A stretch of DNA of 64,000 nt from Candidatus Latescibacterota bacterium (GTDB lineage: Bacteria > Latescibacterota > UBA2968 > GCA-2709665), in NCBI GenBank assembly GCA_965116875.1, contig OZ220733.1:1408001-1472000 (forward strand), read 5' to 3'. Below the pieces are notes generated by a model. That model was not told the DNA's origin. It did not search any database and was given only the letters and a program-made list of their open reading frames with translations. Positions 28,461 to 38,325 of this stretch are shown piece after piece (positions within the stretch are counted from its first letter, which is position 1; each line of letters starts with the position of its first letter). The position numbers and the translations under genes are program-made.

Positions 28461-29879
28461 TTATGCTTTCTCCTGTGTTTCGGCGGGCGGTGGCTTTGTG
28501 TTCCAGGGTGCGAGCGATTCAAAGGCCGCGGAGGCGCGCAGCACGCCCGCGTCGTCACGCCAGCGCCCGACAATCTGCAGACCAACCGGCAATCCGTCAC
28601 CTGAAAATCCGGCCGGAACCGTGGCCGCCGGCTGCCCGGTGATGTTGAACGGGTACGTAAAGGCGGTCCAGCCGAGATAGCTGGTTGGTTGGCCCGTGAT
28701 TTCGCCCGGATGGTCGTGACCGGCTGCAAATGCGGTTACGGGAAGTGTCGGACATAGAAACAGGTCGTAGACGCTCATGAATTCACGCCATCCGTGGTAG
28801 TAGTCATTGCGACGCGCGTACGCGGTGGCAAGCTGTGCCCCGGAGACGGATTTCCCCCTTTCAATCACGCCGACGAGGCCGGTGTCCAGGAGATCCCTGA
28901 CGTCGTCCAGGTTGTCCTCGAATACGCCCGCAAACGATGCGGACCAGATCGTGTCGGCAATATCCCAGGGATCGGGCAGTCCGGGATGGGCCTCTTCGAC
29001 GAGGCAGCCGAGTTCCTGAAACCGGGCAGCCGCAGACGCCGCGATCGAAAGGACTTCGGGATCGCTCCGGACGTAACCCAGATCGGGAGACCAGGCAACG
29101 CGCAGACCGGTGATATCGCCTTCCATCTCACGGAGGTAATCGGTGGAATCGGGCAGCGAAAGACGGTCCAGGGGATGGGCGCCGGCCATGGCCGTGAGCA
29201 TCAGCGCGGCATCCTCCACGGTGCGGGTGACGGGCCCGGCATGAGAGAGCAGTTCAACCACGCTGGCGGGGTACTGGGGAACACGACCCCAGGACGGCTT
29301 GAGTCCGAACAGGCCGCAAAAACCGCACGGGATGCGAATGGACCCTGCTCCGTCCGTTCCCTGGGCGACGGGTCCCATGCCCAGCGCAACGGCGGCAGCG
29401 GCGCCTCCACTGGACCCGCCGGCTGTACGGCCGTACCTCCAGGGGTTGTGAACCGGCCCGTTGACCCGGTTTCCCGAGTCGCCCTTCCAGCCGAGTTCGG
29501 GGGTGGTGGTTTTGCCGACCAGGACCATGCCGGTGTCTGCCAGACGTTCGGCAAGCGGCGCATCGTAGTCGGGCACCCAGTCCCTGTAGAGCAGGGATCC
29601 CCGGGCCGTACGGATGCCTTTGGTGGGGGTGAGATCCTTGAGTGAACCGGGGATGCCGGCCAGAATACCGGGTTCTCCACCCATATAGGCGCGTTCGGCG
29701 CGATTTGCCTGTGCCAGCGCGCGTTCGTGAGTGACCGTTATGAAGGGGTTGAATGCGGGATTCAGCCGTTCAATCCGGTTCAGCGCGGCTTTCGTAACCT
29801 CGACGGGCGAAAGTGCCCGCTCTTGGTACAGGCTGCGCAGCTCGACCGCCGGGAGATGGCAAAGATCGTCTGAATTCAT
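28461..29879 (-). CDS. Amidase signature family protein
   Basis: SLKDL, GKTTTPE, GGSSGG, GTDGAGSIRIP; start ATG 29879. Confidence 0.93.
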   Translation of the reverse strand: MNSDDLCHLPAVELRSLYQERALSPVEVTKAALNRIERLNPAFNPFITVTHERALAQANRAERAYMGGEPGILAGIPGSLKDLTPTKGIRTARGSLLYRDWVPDYDAPLAERLADTGMVLVGKTTTPELGWKGDSGNRVNGPVHNPWRYGRTAGGSSGGAAAAVALGMGPVAQGTDGAGSIRIPCGFCGLFGLKPSWGRVPQYPASVVELLSHAGPVTRTVEDAALMLTAMAGAHPLDRLSLPDSTDYLREMEGDITGLRVAWSPDLGYVRSDPEVLSIAASAAARFQELGCLVEEAHPGLPDPWDIADTIWSASFAGVFEDNLDDVRDLLDTGLVGVIERGKSVSGAQLATAYARRNDYYHGWREFMSVYDLFLCPTLPVTAFAAGHDHPGEITGQPTSYLGWTAFTYPFNITGQPAATVPAGFSGDGLPVGLQIVGRWRDDAGVLRASAAFESLAPWNTKPPPAETQEKA

Positions 29880-30505
29880 CCTTCCGCTCCGGGTTTGGGA
29901 CCTCGCGCGGCCTGGACAGGCGGCGATGAACACATCGGGCGGTCCGAAAGCGCCAGCAACTGCGCGACCAGTCGGTACGAAATGCCCCAGAGTACGCGAT
30001 GACGCGTTCCCGGCAGATCGATTGTGGAGAAACGACGTTCCACGTTGTCAATCCGAAAGCTGCGCTCGCGATGCCGTCCGGCATCGGCAAGATCGTTCAA
30101 CTTCACCCAGAAAGCGTCCGTGACTTCGTGGTTCGGTCGAAGCCGGTCCCTGATTTCGACGGAGTAGACGAAACCCGACACAAGAATGGGAAGGGTAGCG
30201 CCGGTAACGTCGTCGAGGCGACCGAGGTACTCAGCCATTCCGAGGTCCAGGCCGACTTCCTCTCGCGTCTCCCGCTTCGCGGCCTCTCGCGCGTTCCCGT
30301 CGCCGGGCTCCACCCTGCCCCCCGGGAACGCGACGTGGCCCGACCAGGGATCGCCGTCGCGCTGCGACCGTTCGATAAACAGCAGGTGAACCGCTTCCTG
30401 CTGCTGGTGCAGGACCATTGCAACGGCGGCGCGGATCCTGTCTCCGGATGCCAGACGCGGGTGATATCCGGCGAGACGACGGCGGATCTCTGCAATCGAG
30501 GTCAT
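29876..30505 (-). CDS. Nudix hydrolase, CoA pyrophosphatase-like
   Basis: WSGHVAFPGG, GRVEPGD...AAKRETREEVG, LWGISY. Confidence 0.88.
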   Translation of the reverse strand: MTSIAEIRRRLAGYHPRLASGDRIRAAVAMVLHQQQEAVHLLFIERSQRDGDPWSGHVAFPGGRVEPGDGNAREAAKRETREEVGLDLGMAEYLGRLDDVTGATLPILVSGFVYSVEIRDRLRPNHEVTDAFWVKLNDLADAGRHRERSFRIDNVERRFSTIDLPGTRHRVLWGISYRLVAQLLALSDRPMCSSPPVQAARGPKPGAEG

Positions 30506-30552
30506 ATCAGTACGGGCTGACTGAATCCGTCTGCCAATGGTCCGGCCATGGA

Positions 30553-31092
30553 TCATCTGGCCGACCTGACTCTGCGAACCTGATCGTAGACGAGGAATCC
30601 CAGACCGAGACCCGCGTTGAGCAGCACGGGAATGCGGTAAACGCTGACGACTTCGTACCTGAAAACGGCTCCCGAGGCGCCCGCGGAGACAATCAGAAAC
30701 GAGAGGGCGATAAGGGGCCTGCAGATCGACGGCGGCGCAAACACGGCGGTACCGATCAACAGGAGAGCCGCGTGGAAGATGAAGAAGCCGGCGTAGCCGT
30801 TTCGGACGGCCATGGCGTACTGCCAATCGTACCTGAAAGCCCAGACCAGGTAGACGTGGGCGACCGCAACCAGCGCAACCAGGGCGATTGCCGGGCGGCT
30901 GAACGTGCCCCTGGCGCCAAGTACCAGATTCGCAGACAGCCCGACATAACCCAGAAAAGCCAGAAGAAAAGTGAAGTTTTCGAGCGTCAAGACGAGGTCG
31001 TTTTCCGCAGCGGTGAAGCCGGGCGAGGATACCAGGACCCGTGGAGAGCAGGCTGGTATCGTATGCAGAAGCCGTGAGAGGGAACTGGACAC
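30553..31092 (-). CDS. Hypothetical multi-pass membrane protein (start uncertain)
   Basis: About five hydrophobic segments; co-oriented with neighbours. Confidence 0.65.
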   Translation of the reverse strand: MSSSLSRLLHTIPACSPRVLVSSPGFTAAENDLVLTLENFTFLLAFLGYVGLSANLVLGARGTFSRPAIALVALVAVAHVYLVWAFRYDWQYAMAVRNGYAGFFIFHAALLLIGTAVFAPPSICRPLIALSFLIVSAGASGAVFRYEVVSVYRIPVLLNAGLGLGFLVYDQVRRVRSAR

Positions 31093-31187
31093 CGGGGCGG
31101 TTCGGTACGGGGTACGGGAAGGCAGCCGGCCCGGAGCCGACTGTTGGGACGTGATTTGGCAATTTCAGGAAATGGGATCGAATCCAG

Positions 31188-31272
31188 CAGCCCGTTGAAA
31201 AAGTCCATCCGGGCTCGCTTGCCTTCCGGGACTTCACTGGCAGGCCTGCAGAGCGACTTCATCAACGGACTG
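31188..31272. mobile_element. MITE family B, short copy
   Basis: CAGCCCGTTGAAAAAGTCCATCCGG ... GCCTGCAGAGCGACTTCATCAACGGACTG. Confidence 0.75.
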
Positions 31273-31326
31273 CTGCAAACGCGACGGCGCACGTGAATTG
31301 CCCGCGGGGTGTTCCGCTTCGTGTTG

Positions 31327-32541
31327 TTACTCTCCGGTGTCGACGGGGTTCTTGATGCGATCGATCTTGTCCTCGCAGTACTTCTTGAATTTGCGATCTC
31401 TGAGACCCCTGGAGTAGTTCTGTATCGCTTTTTCCTTCCATCCCTGGGGCCGCCACGCGTCGTACACGTCGCCCATGATGACGTACGCCGGCACGCCGAA
31501 TCTTCGGTCCCGCGCGGCTCTCCTGGCATAGTTGAGGGCGTTCTGGTATTGTTTGAGTTCAAAATAGGCGACCGCCGCCCGGTACCGGGCCTCGCTGTCT
31601 CTGGAATCCAGCGCGAGCGCCTGCTGATACGCGGACACGGCGCTTTTGTAATTCTTCCCCAACGCGTGGGAGTACCCCAGCGCCGTGTAGATTCTGACTT
31701 TGTCTCTCTTGGTGGGCGCCACCGCGACGCCCTTTCTGAGGATAGAGACCGCTTTTGAATGTTGTTTTGTCTGATTGTACACAACGGCCAGGCTGCGGTA
31801 GGCGTTGATGTTCTTCCTGTCTTTGCAATTCGGATCGCTGTCGATCGCCTTGCCGTAACTCCGGATCGCCCGGCTGCTTCTCTTGGTGAGCCGATACAGA
31901 TCACCCAGTTGTCGATGGGCCTTGGCGTACGTGGGATTGAGCTCGACGGCCGTTGTAAACGCGGTCTCGGCCTGCTTGATCTTGCGCGCGTTTCTGGCGG
32001 CCAGACCCAGGTTGTAGAAATTGGTTGCGTCCGTGGGATCGAGCTGGGTTGCATTTTCGTACTCCTCGATCGCCTTCCTGTAGTTCTTTCTGAGCAGGTA
32101 CTCCCTGCCCTGCCTTGAATAGGCCCCCTTCAGGAGATTCCGTGCATTGCCATTCTGAAAATTGCCGTCGAGATTCAGCACGGCTTTGAACGCCTCTTGC
32201 GCGTCATTGTATCTTCTCAGATTGAAAAAGAGGTTTCCCAGTTCATAATGGGCCTCGACGTAGTCCGCCTTTACCGTGGTGGCCATTCGGAAATTGGCGA
32301 TGGCCTTCTCGGAATCCTTGAGCTTCTGGTAGGTTTTGGCCATGCCCCGGTACGCCTGGGCATTGTTCCCATCCAGCTTGACGGCGTCTTCGAACGCCTG
32401 GAGGGCCTGCTGATAACGCCTTTTCTCGAAAAGGGCCTGACCGGCGTTGTATTTTTCCGCCGATTCGGGAGCGACTTGAGCCCACGCGGGCTGGCAGAAT
32501 GGAAGGCCCAGGAGCAGGAACAGAGACAGTCGACAACGCAT
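31327..32541 (-). CDS. Exported tetratricopeptide-repeat protein
   Basis: Signal peptide ending AWA-Q; multiple TPR motifs. Confidence 0.9.
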   Translation of the reverse strand: MRCRLSLFLLLGLPFCQPAWAQVAPESAEKYNAGQALFEKRRYQQALQAFEDAVKLDGNNAQAYRGMAKTYQKLKDSEKAIANFRMATTVKADYVEAHYELGNLFFNLRRYNDAQEAFKAVLNLDGNFQNGNARNLLKGAYSRQGREYLLRKNYRKAIEEYENATQLDPTDATNFYNLGLAARNARKIKQAETAFTTAVELNPTYAKAHRQLGDLYRLTKRSSRAIRSYGKAIDSDPNCKDRKNINAYRSLAVVYNQTKQHSKAVSILRKGVAVAPTKRDKVRIYTALGYSHALGKNYKSAVSAYQQALALDSRDSEARYRAAVAYFELKQYQNALNYARRAARDRRFGVPAYVIMGDVYDAWRPQGWKEKAIQNYSRGLRDRKFKKYCEDKIDRIKNPVDTGE

Positions 32542-32642
32542 ATCAGGTGATCCTCTCGAGAATACAGGTTGATGGAAACGTGGCTCTACAAGTGATTAAT
32601 ATTGGCAGATCCCGGGATAATGTCAAACGCCTCGGACATGCG

Positions 32643-32672
32643 GAAAGGCCACCACCGGTTGTGTGATGGCCT
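32643..32672 (-). terminator. Putative terminator after tonB
   Basis: On the - strand AGGCCATCAC-(7)-GTGGTGGCCT followed by a short T run. Confidence 0.5.
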
Positions 32673-32701
32673 CCGCCGAGCTTGTGCTGCCCTGACCGGG
32701 T

Positions 32702-33373
32702 TCAATCGTGCAACTTGAAGGCGATACGCTGGGTCATCCAGACATTCACGGGCTTGTCGTTCTGTATGGCCGGCTTGAATACGAACTGTCTGACCGCATC
32801 GATGGCCGCCTGCCTGAAGATCTCCTGGCCCTTCAATATCTGTACCTTGTCCGTCCGGCCGTCTCTGCGCACCATGAACTTGACGAAAACATTGCCCTCC
32901 AGCCCCGCCTTGCGGGCGATCTCGGGGAATTTGGGCTGGACCCCTTTGATCAGTTCCGGTTTTTCCTCCACGCTCCAGAACTCCATCACTTCTTCTTCCA
33001 TCGGCGCTTCGGTGGCGCCCGGTGGCGGGGGCGGCAGGTCTACGGGAGCCTGATCCAGGTCAAGGTCGGTCGTTTCGATGGTCACGTCGTCGGGTACATC
33101 GTCGCTTTCGGTTTCAACCGGCATGGCGGGCCTTGGGGGCGGAGGCGGCCGCTGAATCTGGCGCGTTTCCGGGATCTCCTCCATCTGGATGATGATCTGG
33201 TCCTTCTTCCCCGCCGAGGCACGAATATCAAACGTGGGAAAAAGGATCGCCATGAACAGGTGCAGGGCACACGAGATACCGACCGACGTCCAGAAGACTT
33301 TCGGATAACGCCGCCTGAGGTCATGTTCAGGGTACTTCCGCCGGACGATATCCTTCCCTCTGATATAGGCCAT
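32702..33373 (-). CDS. tonB: Energy transducer TonB
   Basis: N-terminal TM with SxxLH, Pro-rich linker, C-terminal PKFPEIARKAGLEG...FKPA domain. Confidence 0.9.
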   Translation of the reverse strand: MAYIRGKDIVRRKYPEHDLRRRYPKVFWTSVGISCALHLFMAILFPTFDIRASAGKKDQIIIQMEEIPETRQIQRPPPPPRPAMPVETESDDVPDDVTIETTDLDLDQAPVDLPPPPPGATEAPMEEEVMEFWSVEEKPELIKGVQPKFPEIARKAGLEGNVFVKFMVRRDGRTDKVQILKGQEIFRQAAIDAVRQFVFKPAIQNDKPVNVWMTQRIAFKLHD

Positions 33374-33378
33374 ATGCG

Positions 33379-33789
33379 TTACCTCTCTCGATCGGTGGCA
33401 AAGTTGACGCGGAGGGCGTCGGCCTTGCGCAGTTCCTCAATCACCTCGGAAACCAGCCCGTAGGGCGCCCGCGTATCGCACTTGAGTGAGACGATCAGCC
33501 GCGGGTTCTGCACGCGGCGTTCGTAGAAGATGGGCGCAACCTGGTTGACCTGGGCGATCTTGTCGTCTATGTAGACCTTCCGGTCCGCGGAAATCCAGAC
33601 GTAGGAAATATGGCGGCGCGTCTTGATTTCCTCGACCTTTTCAGCCCTGGGCAGTACGATCCCGGTGACCCGGTAGCGGACGAAAACCGTGGTGACCATG
33701 AAAAAGATCAGGAGAAGAAAGGCGATATCCGCCATGGAACCGGTTGGAATGGACGTATGTACCCCTGATTTTTTTGAAAAATCCGCCAT
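33379..33789 (-). CDS. exbD: Biopolymer transport protein ExbD/TolR
   Basis: SMADIAFLLLIFFMV, SLKCD. Confidence 0.9.
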   Translation of the reverse strand: MADFSKKSGVHTSIPTGSMADIAFLLLIFFMVTTVFVRYRVTGIVLPRAEKVEEIKTRRHISYVWISADRKVYIDDKIAQVNQVAPIFYERRVQNPRLIVSLKCDTRAPYGLVSEVIEELRKADALRVNFATDRER

Positions 33790-33816
33790 GCTGAGAACTC
33801 CTGTTGCCGGACGAAC

Positions 33817-34233
33817 CTACTTTTCCGGAGATGCCAGTGAAATCCGCGTTGCACCCGAAAGCTTGATCTCATCCAGAACGTCTATGAATGCGTTATAGGG
33901 CGTCTCCTCGTCCGCCTTGAGGGAAACGATCAGCTTGTCGTTTTCGCTCAGCCGCCGCTCGATTTCGGCGCGCAACTGCCCGAGGGGAACTTCCTGTTCC
34001 AGGTTGATGAGGATGTCACCGGCGGCATTCACCCAGACGTTGCAGATATTCTTCTTCTGGATCTTTTTGTTTTCTCCGGCGGGCGGAAGCTGCATGCCAA
34101 TGCCCTTGTCCTGGTTCATTGTGGTGGTCACCAGGAAAAAAACAATCAGCAGAAAGGCGATGTCCGCCATCGACGAAGTCGGGATTTCGGGATTCGATTT
34201 GTTCCGCCTTGCCAACTGTGGCTTGTTCGCCAT
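33817..34233 (-). CDS. exbD: Biopolymer transport protein ExbD/TolR (second copy)
   Basis: SMADIAFLLIVFFLVT, SLKAD. Confidence 0.9.
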   Translation of the reverse strand: MANKPQLARRNKSNPEIPTSSMADIAFLLIVFFLVTTTMNQDKGIGMQLPPAGENKKIQKKNICNVWVNAAGDILINLEQEVPLGQLRAEIERRLSENDKLIVSLKADEETPYNAFIDVLDEIKLSGATRISLASPEK

Positions 34234-34236
34234 GGC

Positions 34237-34863
34237 TTATTCTCCCGCGGGCGTATCGTAGCCGGCCTGGATCAGTTCGTCGATGAACTGAGAGGAACTC
34301 TCCTGCATATCGATGATGATCTTGTCTATCTTGGACACGAAGAGGTTGTGCAACGCCTGGATTGGAATGGCGATGACCAGTCCGGATGCCGTGGTAATGA
34401 GCGCTTCCGAAATACCGGCGGCCACAATACTGGGCTCAACGTCCCCGGCTTTCGCAATGGCGTCGAAGGCGCTGATCATACCGCTCACCGTCCCGAGGAA
34501 CCCGAGCAGCGGGGCGATATTGGCTACGGTGGATAGCCAGACCATGCCTTTTTCCAGGAAGGCCATTTCGATGGCGCCGGATTCTTCTATCGCTTTTTCA
34601 ACGTGTTCGAGCCCCCGGTCCAGGCGGAGAAGGCCAGCATGGAGAACCGAGGCGACCGGCCCCCTGTGACTTGCGCAGACCTCGGCCACGCCTTCAGGCC
34701 CCCGCTGCTTGAGCGCTTCCTGAACCGCGGTGAAAAACTCCCGCGTGTCGATGGAAGACCGCCAGAGCGACCAGAAACGTTCAATACTGACCGCAATACC
34801 GAAAAGCAGCATAAGCAGAAGCGGGTGCATGAAGGGCCCGCCGTTTACATAAAGTTCAACCAT
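34237..34863 (-). CDS. exbB: MotA/TolQ/ExbB proton channel protein
   Basis: APLLGFLGTVSGMI, GISEALITTASGL. Confidence 0.92.
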   Translation of the reverse strand: MVELYVNGGPFMHPLLLMLLFGIAVSIERFWSLWRSSIDTREFFTAVQEALKQRGPEGVAEVCASHRGPVASVLHAGLLRLDRGLEHVEKAIEESGAIEMAFLEKGMVWLSTVANIAPLLGFLGTVSGMISAFDAIAKAGDVEPSIVAAGISEALITTASGLVIAIPIQALHNLFVSKIDKIIIDMQESSSQFIDELIQAGYDTPAGE

Positions 34864-34908
34864 GCCTCAATCCCCCAGTTGATGTGAATGTTCGCTACGG
34901 ATGTACAG

Positions 34909-35047
34909 GAAGTTGTATCAAATTACCGGTGAATTCCCGAGCGCGAGCGAAAAAGTGACGGTCAATGCGGGAAAATCCGGCTATGAGAGCCGAGCAAGCG
35001 CAGCCTCGCTCTCGTAAGACGGGTGGATTTGACCAACGCCGACCGGC
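34909..35047. mobile_element. MITE family A, inverted partial copy
   Basis: GAAGTTGTATCAAATTACCGGTGAATTCCCGAGCGCGAGCGAAA... and ACGGGTGGATTTGACCAACGCCGACCGGC match the reverse complement of 3935-4096; different internal hairpin; one end missing. Confidence 0.75.
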
Positions 35048-35052
35048 ACGTC

Positions 35053-36255
35053 TCATTTCTTCCCTTCGATATCTACCTCCTCCTCTTTCTTCTTTTTGAA
35101 GAATTCCAGTCTCTTCTTCTCCTCCTCGGACATGGGAGGGTTGATTTCATCGATCATCCGTTTGGCGTTTCCTGCCCAGAGTGGATCCTTGCCGGCCCTC
35201 CTGAACCATTTCAACGCATTGACGGAATCCCGCGCGGCATTGGATTTCTTCCACTTCCTGTAATGGAACTCGCCCTTCATGTAGTTGAATTTCCCGTTTC
35301 CCGGATCCAGTCTGAGCCCTCTATTGACCAGACTCATATCGCCCGTCAGATCGGCCAGTTGCTCGACGACGCTGAGGTTGTCGGGCTGTAGCTTTTCCAT
35401 TTTTCTCAGGATGCGGATTTGAAACCTTCTGGGCTTGTTCAGCTGTTTCCCAAGCGTAAGCAATTGATCCAAGTAAAAAAAATCCGCGGGGCTGTGTGCG
35501 TGGAGTTTCTGATACGCGTCGAACGCCTTCTGGATCATACCCATGCGGACGTACAACCTGGCAAGGTTGTCGAGCGTCGTATAGTCTTCGGGGTTTATCT
35601 CCAGCAGCCGCTCCATCTCCTTGAGGGCTTCGTCTTCGTCACCCATATGCAGGGTGAGCTTTGCGATCGCATCCTGCACGTCGGGATTGTCAGGTTCCAA
35701 CTGGCCCCAGCTGCGGGTATGCTTCAGCGCCGAATCGTAGTCTTCGATTTCAATATACAGCGAGACCAGCTGGTGCAGGTACTGGACCTGCTGTTCCGGT
35801 TTCTTCGCAATGGCGAGAAGCTTTTCGTATACCTCGATGGCCTCCTCGAGCATCCCTTCCTGTACGTAAAGCTGCCCGAGGTAGTAAAGCGCGTTTCGCG
35901 CGTTTGGGCCCGCCGGTTTCAGTTTGATTGTCTTCTTGAACCAGGTAATGGCGTCCTGGGATTTTTCCGTCTCATTGTGCAACTTGCCCAGATAGTACGC
36001 GGTTTGCGCATTCCGCGAATTGAAGTCCCATGACTTCGTCAGCTGGACCTGGGCGTCTTCGTATTGTTTGTTATCCAGATACCGCTTGCCGAAATAAACA
36101 TGCTTCCTTGACATCGCCCCCGAGTCCACGGGGGCCTCGCGCGGCTTGTGCTCATCCTTTTTCGACTTTCTTCTGGCCTCGACCGGCGAAAACAGGCCCA
36201 GGAACAGAAAACCGCAGAGAATGATAACGATGCCGTCCGAAAGCCTGAATATCAT
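35053..36255 (-). CDS. Exported tetratricopeptide-repeat protein
   Basis: Hydrophobic N-terminus ending VEA; TPR motifs throughout. Confidence 0.85.
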   Translation of the reverse strand: MIFRLSDGIVIILCGFLFLGLFSPVEARRKSKKDEHKPREAPVDSGAMSRKHVYFGKRYLDNKQYEDAQVQLTKSWDFNSRNAQTAYYLGKLHNETEKSQDAITWFKKTIKLKPAGPNARNALYYLGQLYVQEGMLEEAIEVYEKLLAIAKKPEQQVQYLHQLVSLYIEIEDYDSALKHTRSWGQLEPDNPDVQDAIAKLTLHMGDEDEALKEMERLLEINPEDYTTLDNLARLYVRMGMIQKAFDAYQKLHAHSPADFFYLDQLLTLGKQLNKPRRFQIRILRKMEKLQPDNLSVVEQLADLTGDMSLVNRGLRLDPGNGKFNYMKGEFHYRKWKKSNAARDSVNALKWFRRAGKDPLWAGNAKRMIDEINPPMSEEEKKRLEFFKKKKEEEVDIEGKK

Positions 36256-36489
36256 GACAGCAACTCCTCGACGATACAGCGGCGCAGCACTGTCGATTCA
36301 GCGTAAATTGCTGGTACCAAGACGCATAGACACATCTAACACTTAGAAACATAGAAATCTAACGAATAGGAAATTGGATGTCAAGGCAAAATCCATGCCC
36401 GTTTATTGCGATTCCATTGCGAATTGAAACCGCGGCGAGGCAAAGGACAGGACCGAGACTCCCACCCCGCGATGCCTGCCAGATGCAGG

Positions 36490-36518
36490 TTGACACAACC
36501 CGGGTAATCCCGTATATT
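36490..36518 (+). promoter_or_regulatory. Putative sigma70 promoter upstream of the guaB leader
   Basis: TTGACA (36490-36495), 17-nt spacer, TATATT (36513-36518). Confidence 0.65.
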
Positions 36519-36668
36519 GGAGGACTCGTCAGACGGTTGGACTCTTGTTGCAGTCGCACCCGGAGTTTCGCATGCGCAACGGAATACTCGGCGTCATGGA
36601 CAGGTCTTCGCCTCCCGCGATCGCCTGCGCGCGGCTGCTGCGCCCGAACTTGTAACGGGAAGTTGTGC

Positions 36669-36701
36669 AAACCCCTTGACACGTACGTCAAGGGGTTTCT
36701 T
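36669..36701 (+). terminator. Terminator-like hairpin in the guaB 5' region
   Basis: AAACCCCTTGAC-acgtac-GTCAAGGGGTTT then CTT. Confidence 0.6.
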
Positions 36702-36765
36702 GTATCCGGATACGATTTGATGACGTAGAGAAGATGCGCCGTTTTATTTCACCAGGGAGACGTCA

Positions 36766-38238
36766 ATGGACAGACCCACGGAAAAAATCGCCAAAGAGGG
36801 ACTGACGTACGACGATGTCCTGCTGATTCCCGGAAAATCCGAAGTCCTGCCGAATCAGGTGGATCTGACCACGCAGCTCACCCGAAGGATCCGGTTGAAT
36901 ATCCCTCTCGTCAGCGCCGCCATGGATACGGTTACCGAAGCCCGTCTCGCGATCGCACTTGCCCAGGAGGGCGGCATCGGGATTGTACACAGGAATCTGT
37001 CTATCGAAGAACAGGCCGAGGAGGTGGCCAAGGTGAAACGGTCGGAAAGCGGAATGATTGTCGATCCGCTGACGCTTTCGCCGGACAACTACATCCGTGA
37101 AGCGCTCGAGATGATGTCCAAGTATCGGATTTCCGGAGTGCCGATCGTTGACGGCGGCAAGAGACTTGTGGGCATCCTGACCAACCGGGACCTGCGGTTC
37201 GAGAAAAACGTGCACAGGAAGGTGTCCGAGGTCATGACGCACAAGGGGCTGGTGACGGCCCGGTTGGGAATCTCCCTGGAGGAAGCACAGGAAATTCTCC
37301 AGGAACATCGCATCGAAAAGCTGCCCGTCGTGGACGACAAGGGTGTGCTCAAGGGTCTGATTACGGTAAAGGATATCGAGAAAAAGATACAGTACCCGCA
37401 TGCATGCAAAGACAGACTCGGAAGGCTCCGGGTGGGCGCGGCGGTTGGGGTGGGGGGCGATCTGGAAGCCCGTGTCGGCATGCTGGTCGACCGGGACGTG
37501 GACGTGATTGTCGTGGATACGGCGCACGGCCATTCCCGGGGTGTTCTCGAAGCCGTGGAACGCATCAAGAATGGCTTTCCGGAAACCGAAGTGATCGCCG
37601 GAAACATCGTAACGGCGGAGGCGGCGCGGGACCTGATTCTGGCCGGAACGGATGCGGTCAAGGTGGGTATGGGGCCATCGGCGAGTTGCACAACCCGGGT
37701 CATCGCCGGAGCCGGCGTACCCCAGATTTCGGCCATCATGGACTGCGCCGACGTCGCGGAAAAGGCGGGCGTCCCCGCCATCGCGGACGGCGGAATCACC
37801 CAGTCTGGAGACGTCACCAAGGCCATCGCGGCCGGCGCGAATTCCGTGATGATCGGATTCCTCTTCGCGGGTACGGACGAGAGTCCGGGAGAGACGGTAA
37901 TCTACCAGGGACGGACCTTCAAGGTCTACAGGGGGATGGGTTCTCTGGGCGCCATGCAGCGCGGAAGCAGGGACAGATACTTCCAGGTAGGCGTCGAAGC
38001 CAACAAGCTGGTTCCTGAGGGAATTGAAGGGCAGGTACCGTACAAGGGATCCATCTCAGGGTTCATATATCAACTTATCGGCGGGTTGAGGGCGGGCATG
38101 GGATATTGCGGAACGAGAACCATTGCGGAACTCCGAAGGAACGGTCGATTCGTGAAAGTCTCGTCGGCCGGTGTCCGGGAGAGCCACGCGCACGACGTAT
38201 CGGTTACGAAAGAGGCGCCCAACTATCGGCTGGAGTAA
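36766..38238 (+). CDS. guaB: IMP dehydrogenase
   Basis: [20 protein letters not shown] pair, [30 protein letters not shown]. Confidence 0.97.
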   Translation: MDRPTEKIAKEGLTYDDVLLIPGKSEVLPNQVDLTTQLTRRIRLNIPLVSAAMDTVTEARLAIALAQEGGIGIVHRNLSIEEQAEEVAKVKRSESGMIVDPLTLSPDNYIREALEMMSKYRISGVPIVDGGKRLVGILTNRDLRFEKNVHRKVSEVMTHKGLVTARLGISLEEAQEILQEHRIEKLPVVDDKGVLKGLITVKDIEKKIQYPHACKDRLGRLRVGAAVGVGGDLEARVGMLVDRDVDVIVVDTAHGHSRGVLEAVERIKNGFPETEVIAGNIVTAEAARDLILAGTDAVKVGMGPSASCTTRVIAGAGVPQISAIMDCADVAEKAGVPAIADGGITQSGDVTKAIAAGANSVMIGFLFAGTDESPGETVIYQGRTFKVYRGMGSLGAMQRGSRDRYFQVGVEANKLVPEGIEGQVPYKGSISGFIYQLIGGLRAGMGYCGTRTIAELRRNGRFVKVSSAGVRESHAHDVSVTKEAPNYRLE

Positions 38239-38260
38239 GATTCAGGCGGCGGTCAGGCAC

Positions 38261-38291
38261 ACGGCAGATGGTACGGTACCATCTGCCGTTT
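38261..38291 (+). terminator. Terminator hairpin after guaB
   Basis: Near-perfect palindrome ACGGCAGATGGTAC-G-GTACCATCTGCCGT followed by TT. Confidence 0.65.
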
Positions 38292-38325
38292 CACATGGGA
38301 ATCCCGCGTGGACCGGGGGGCGAGT

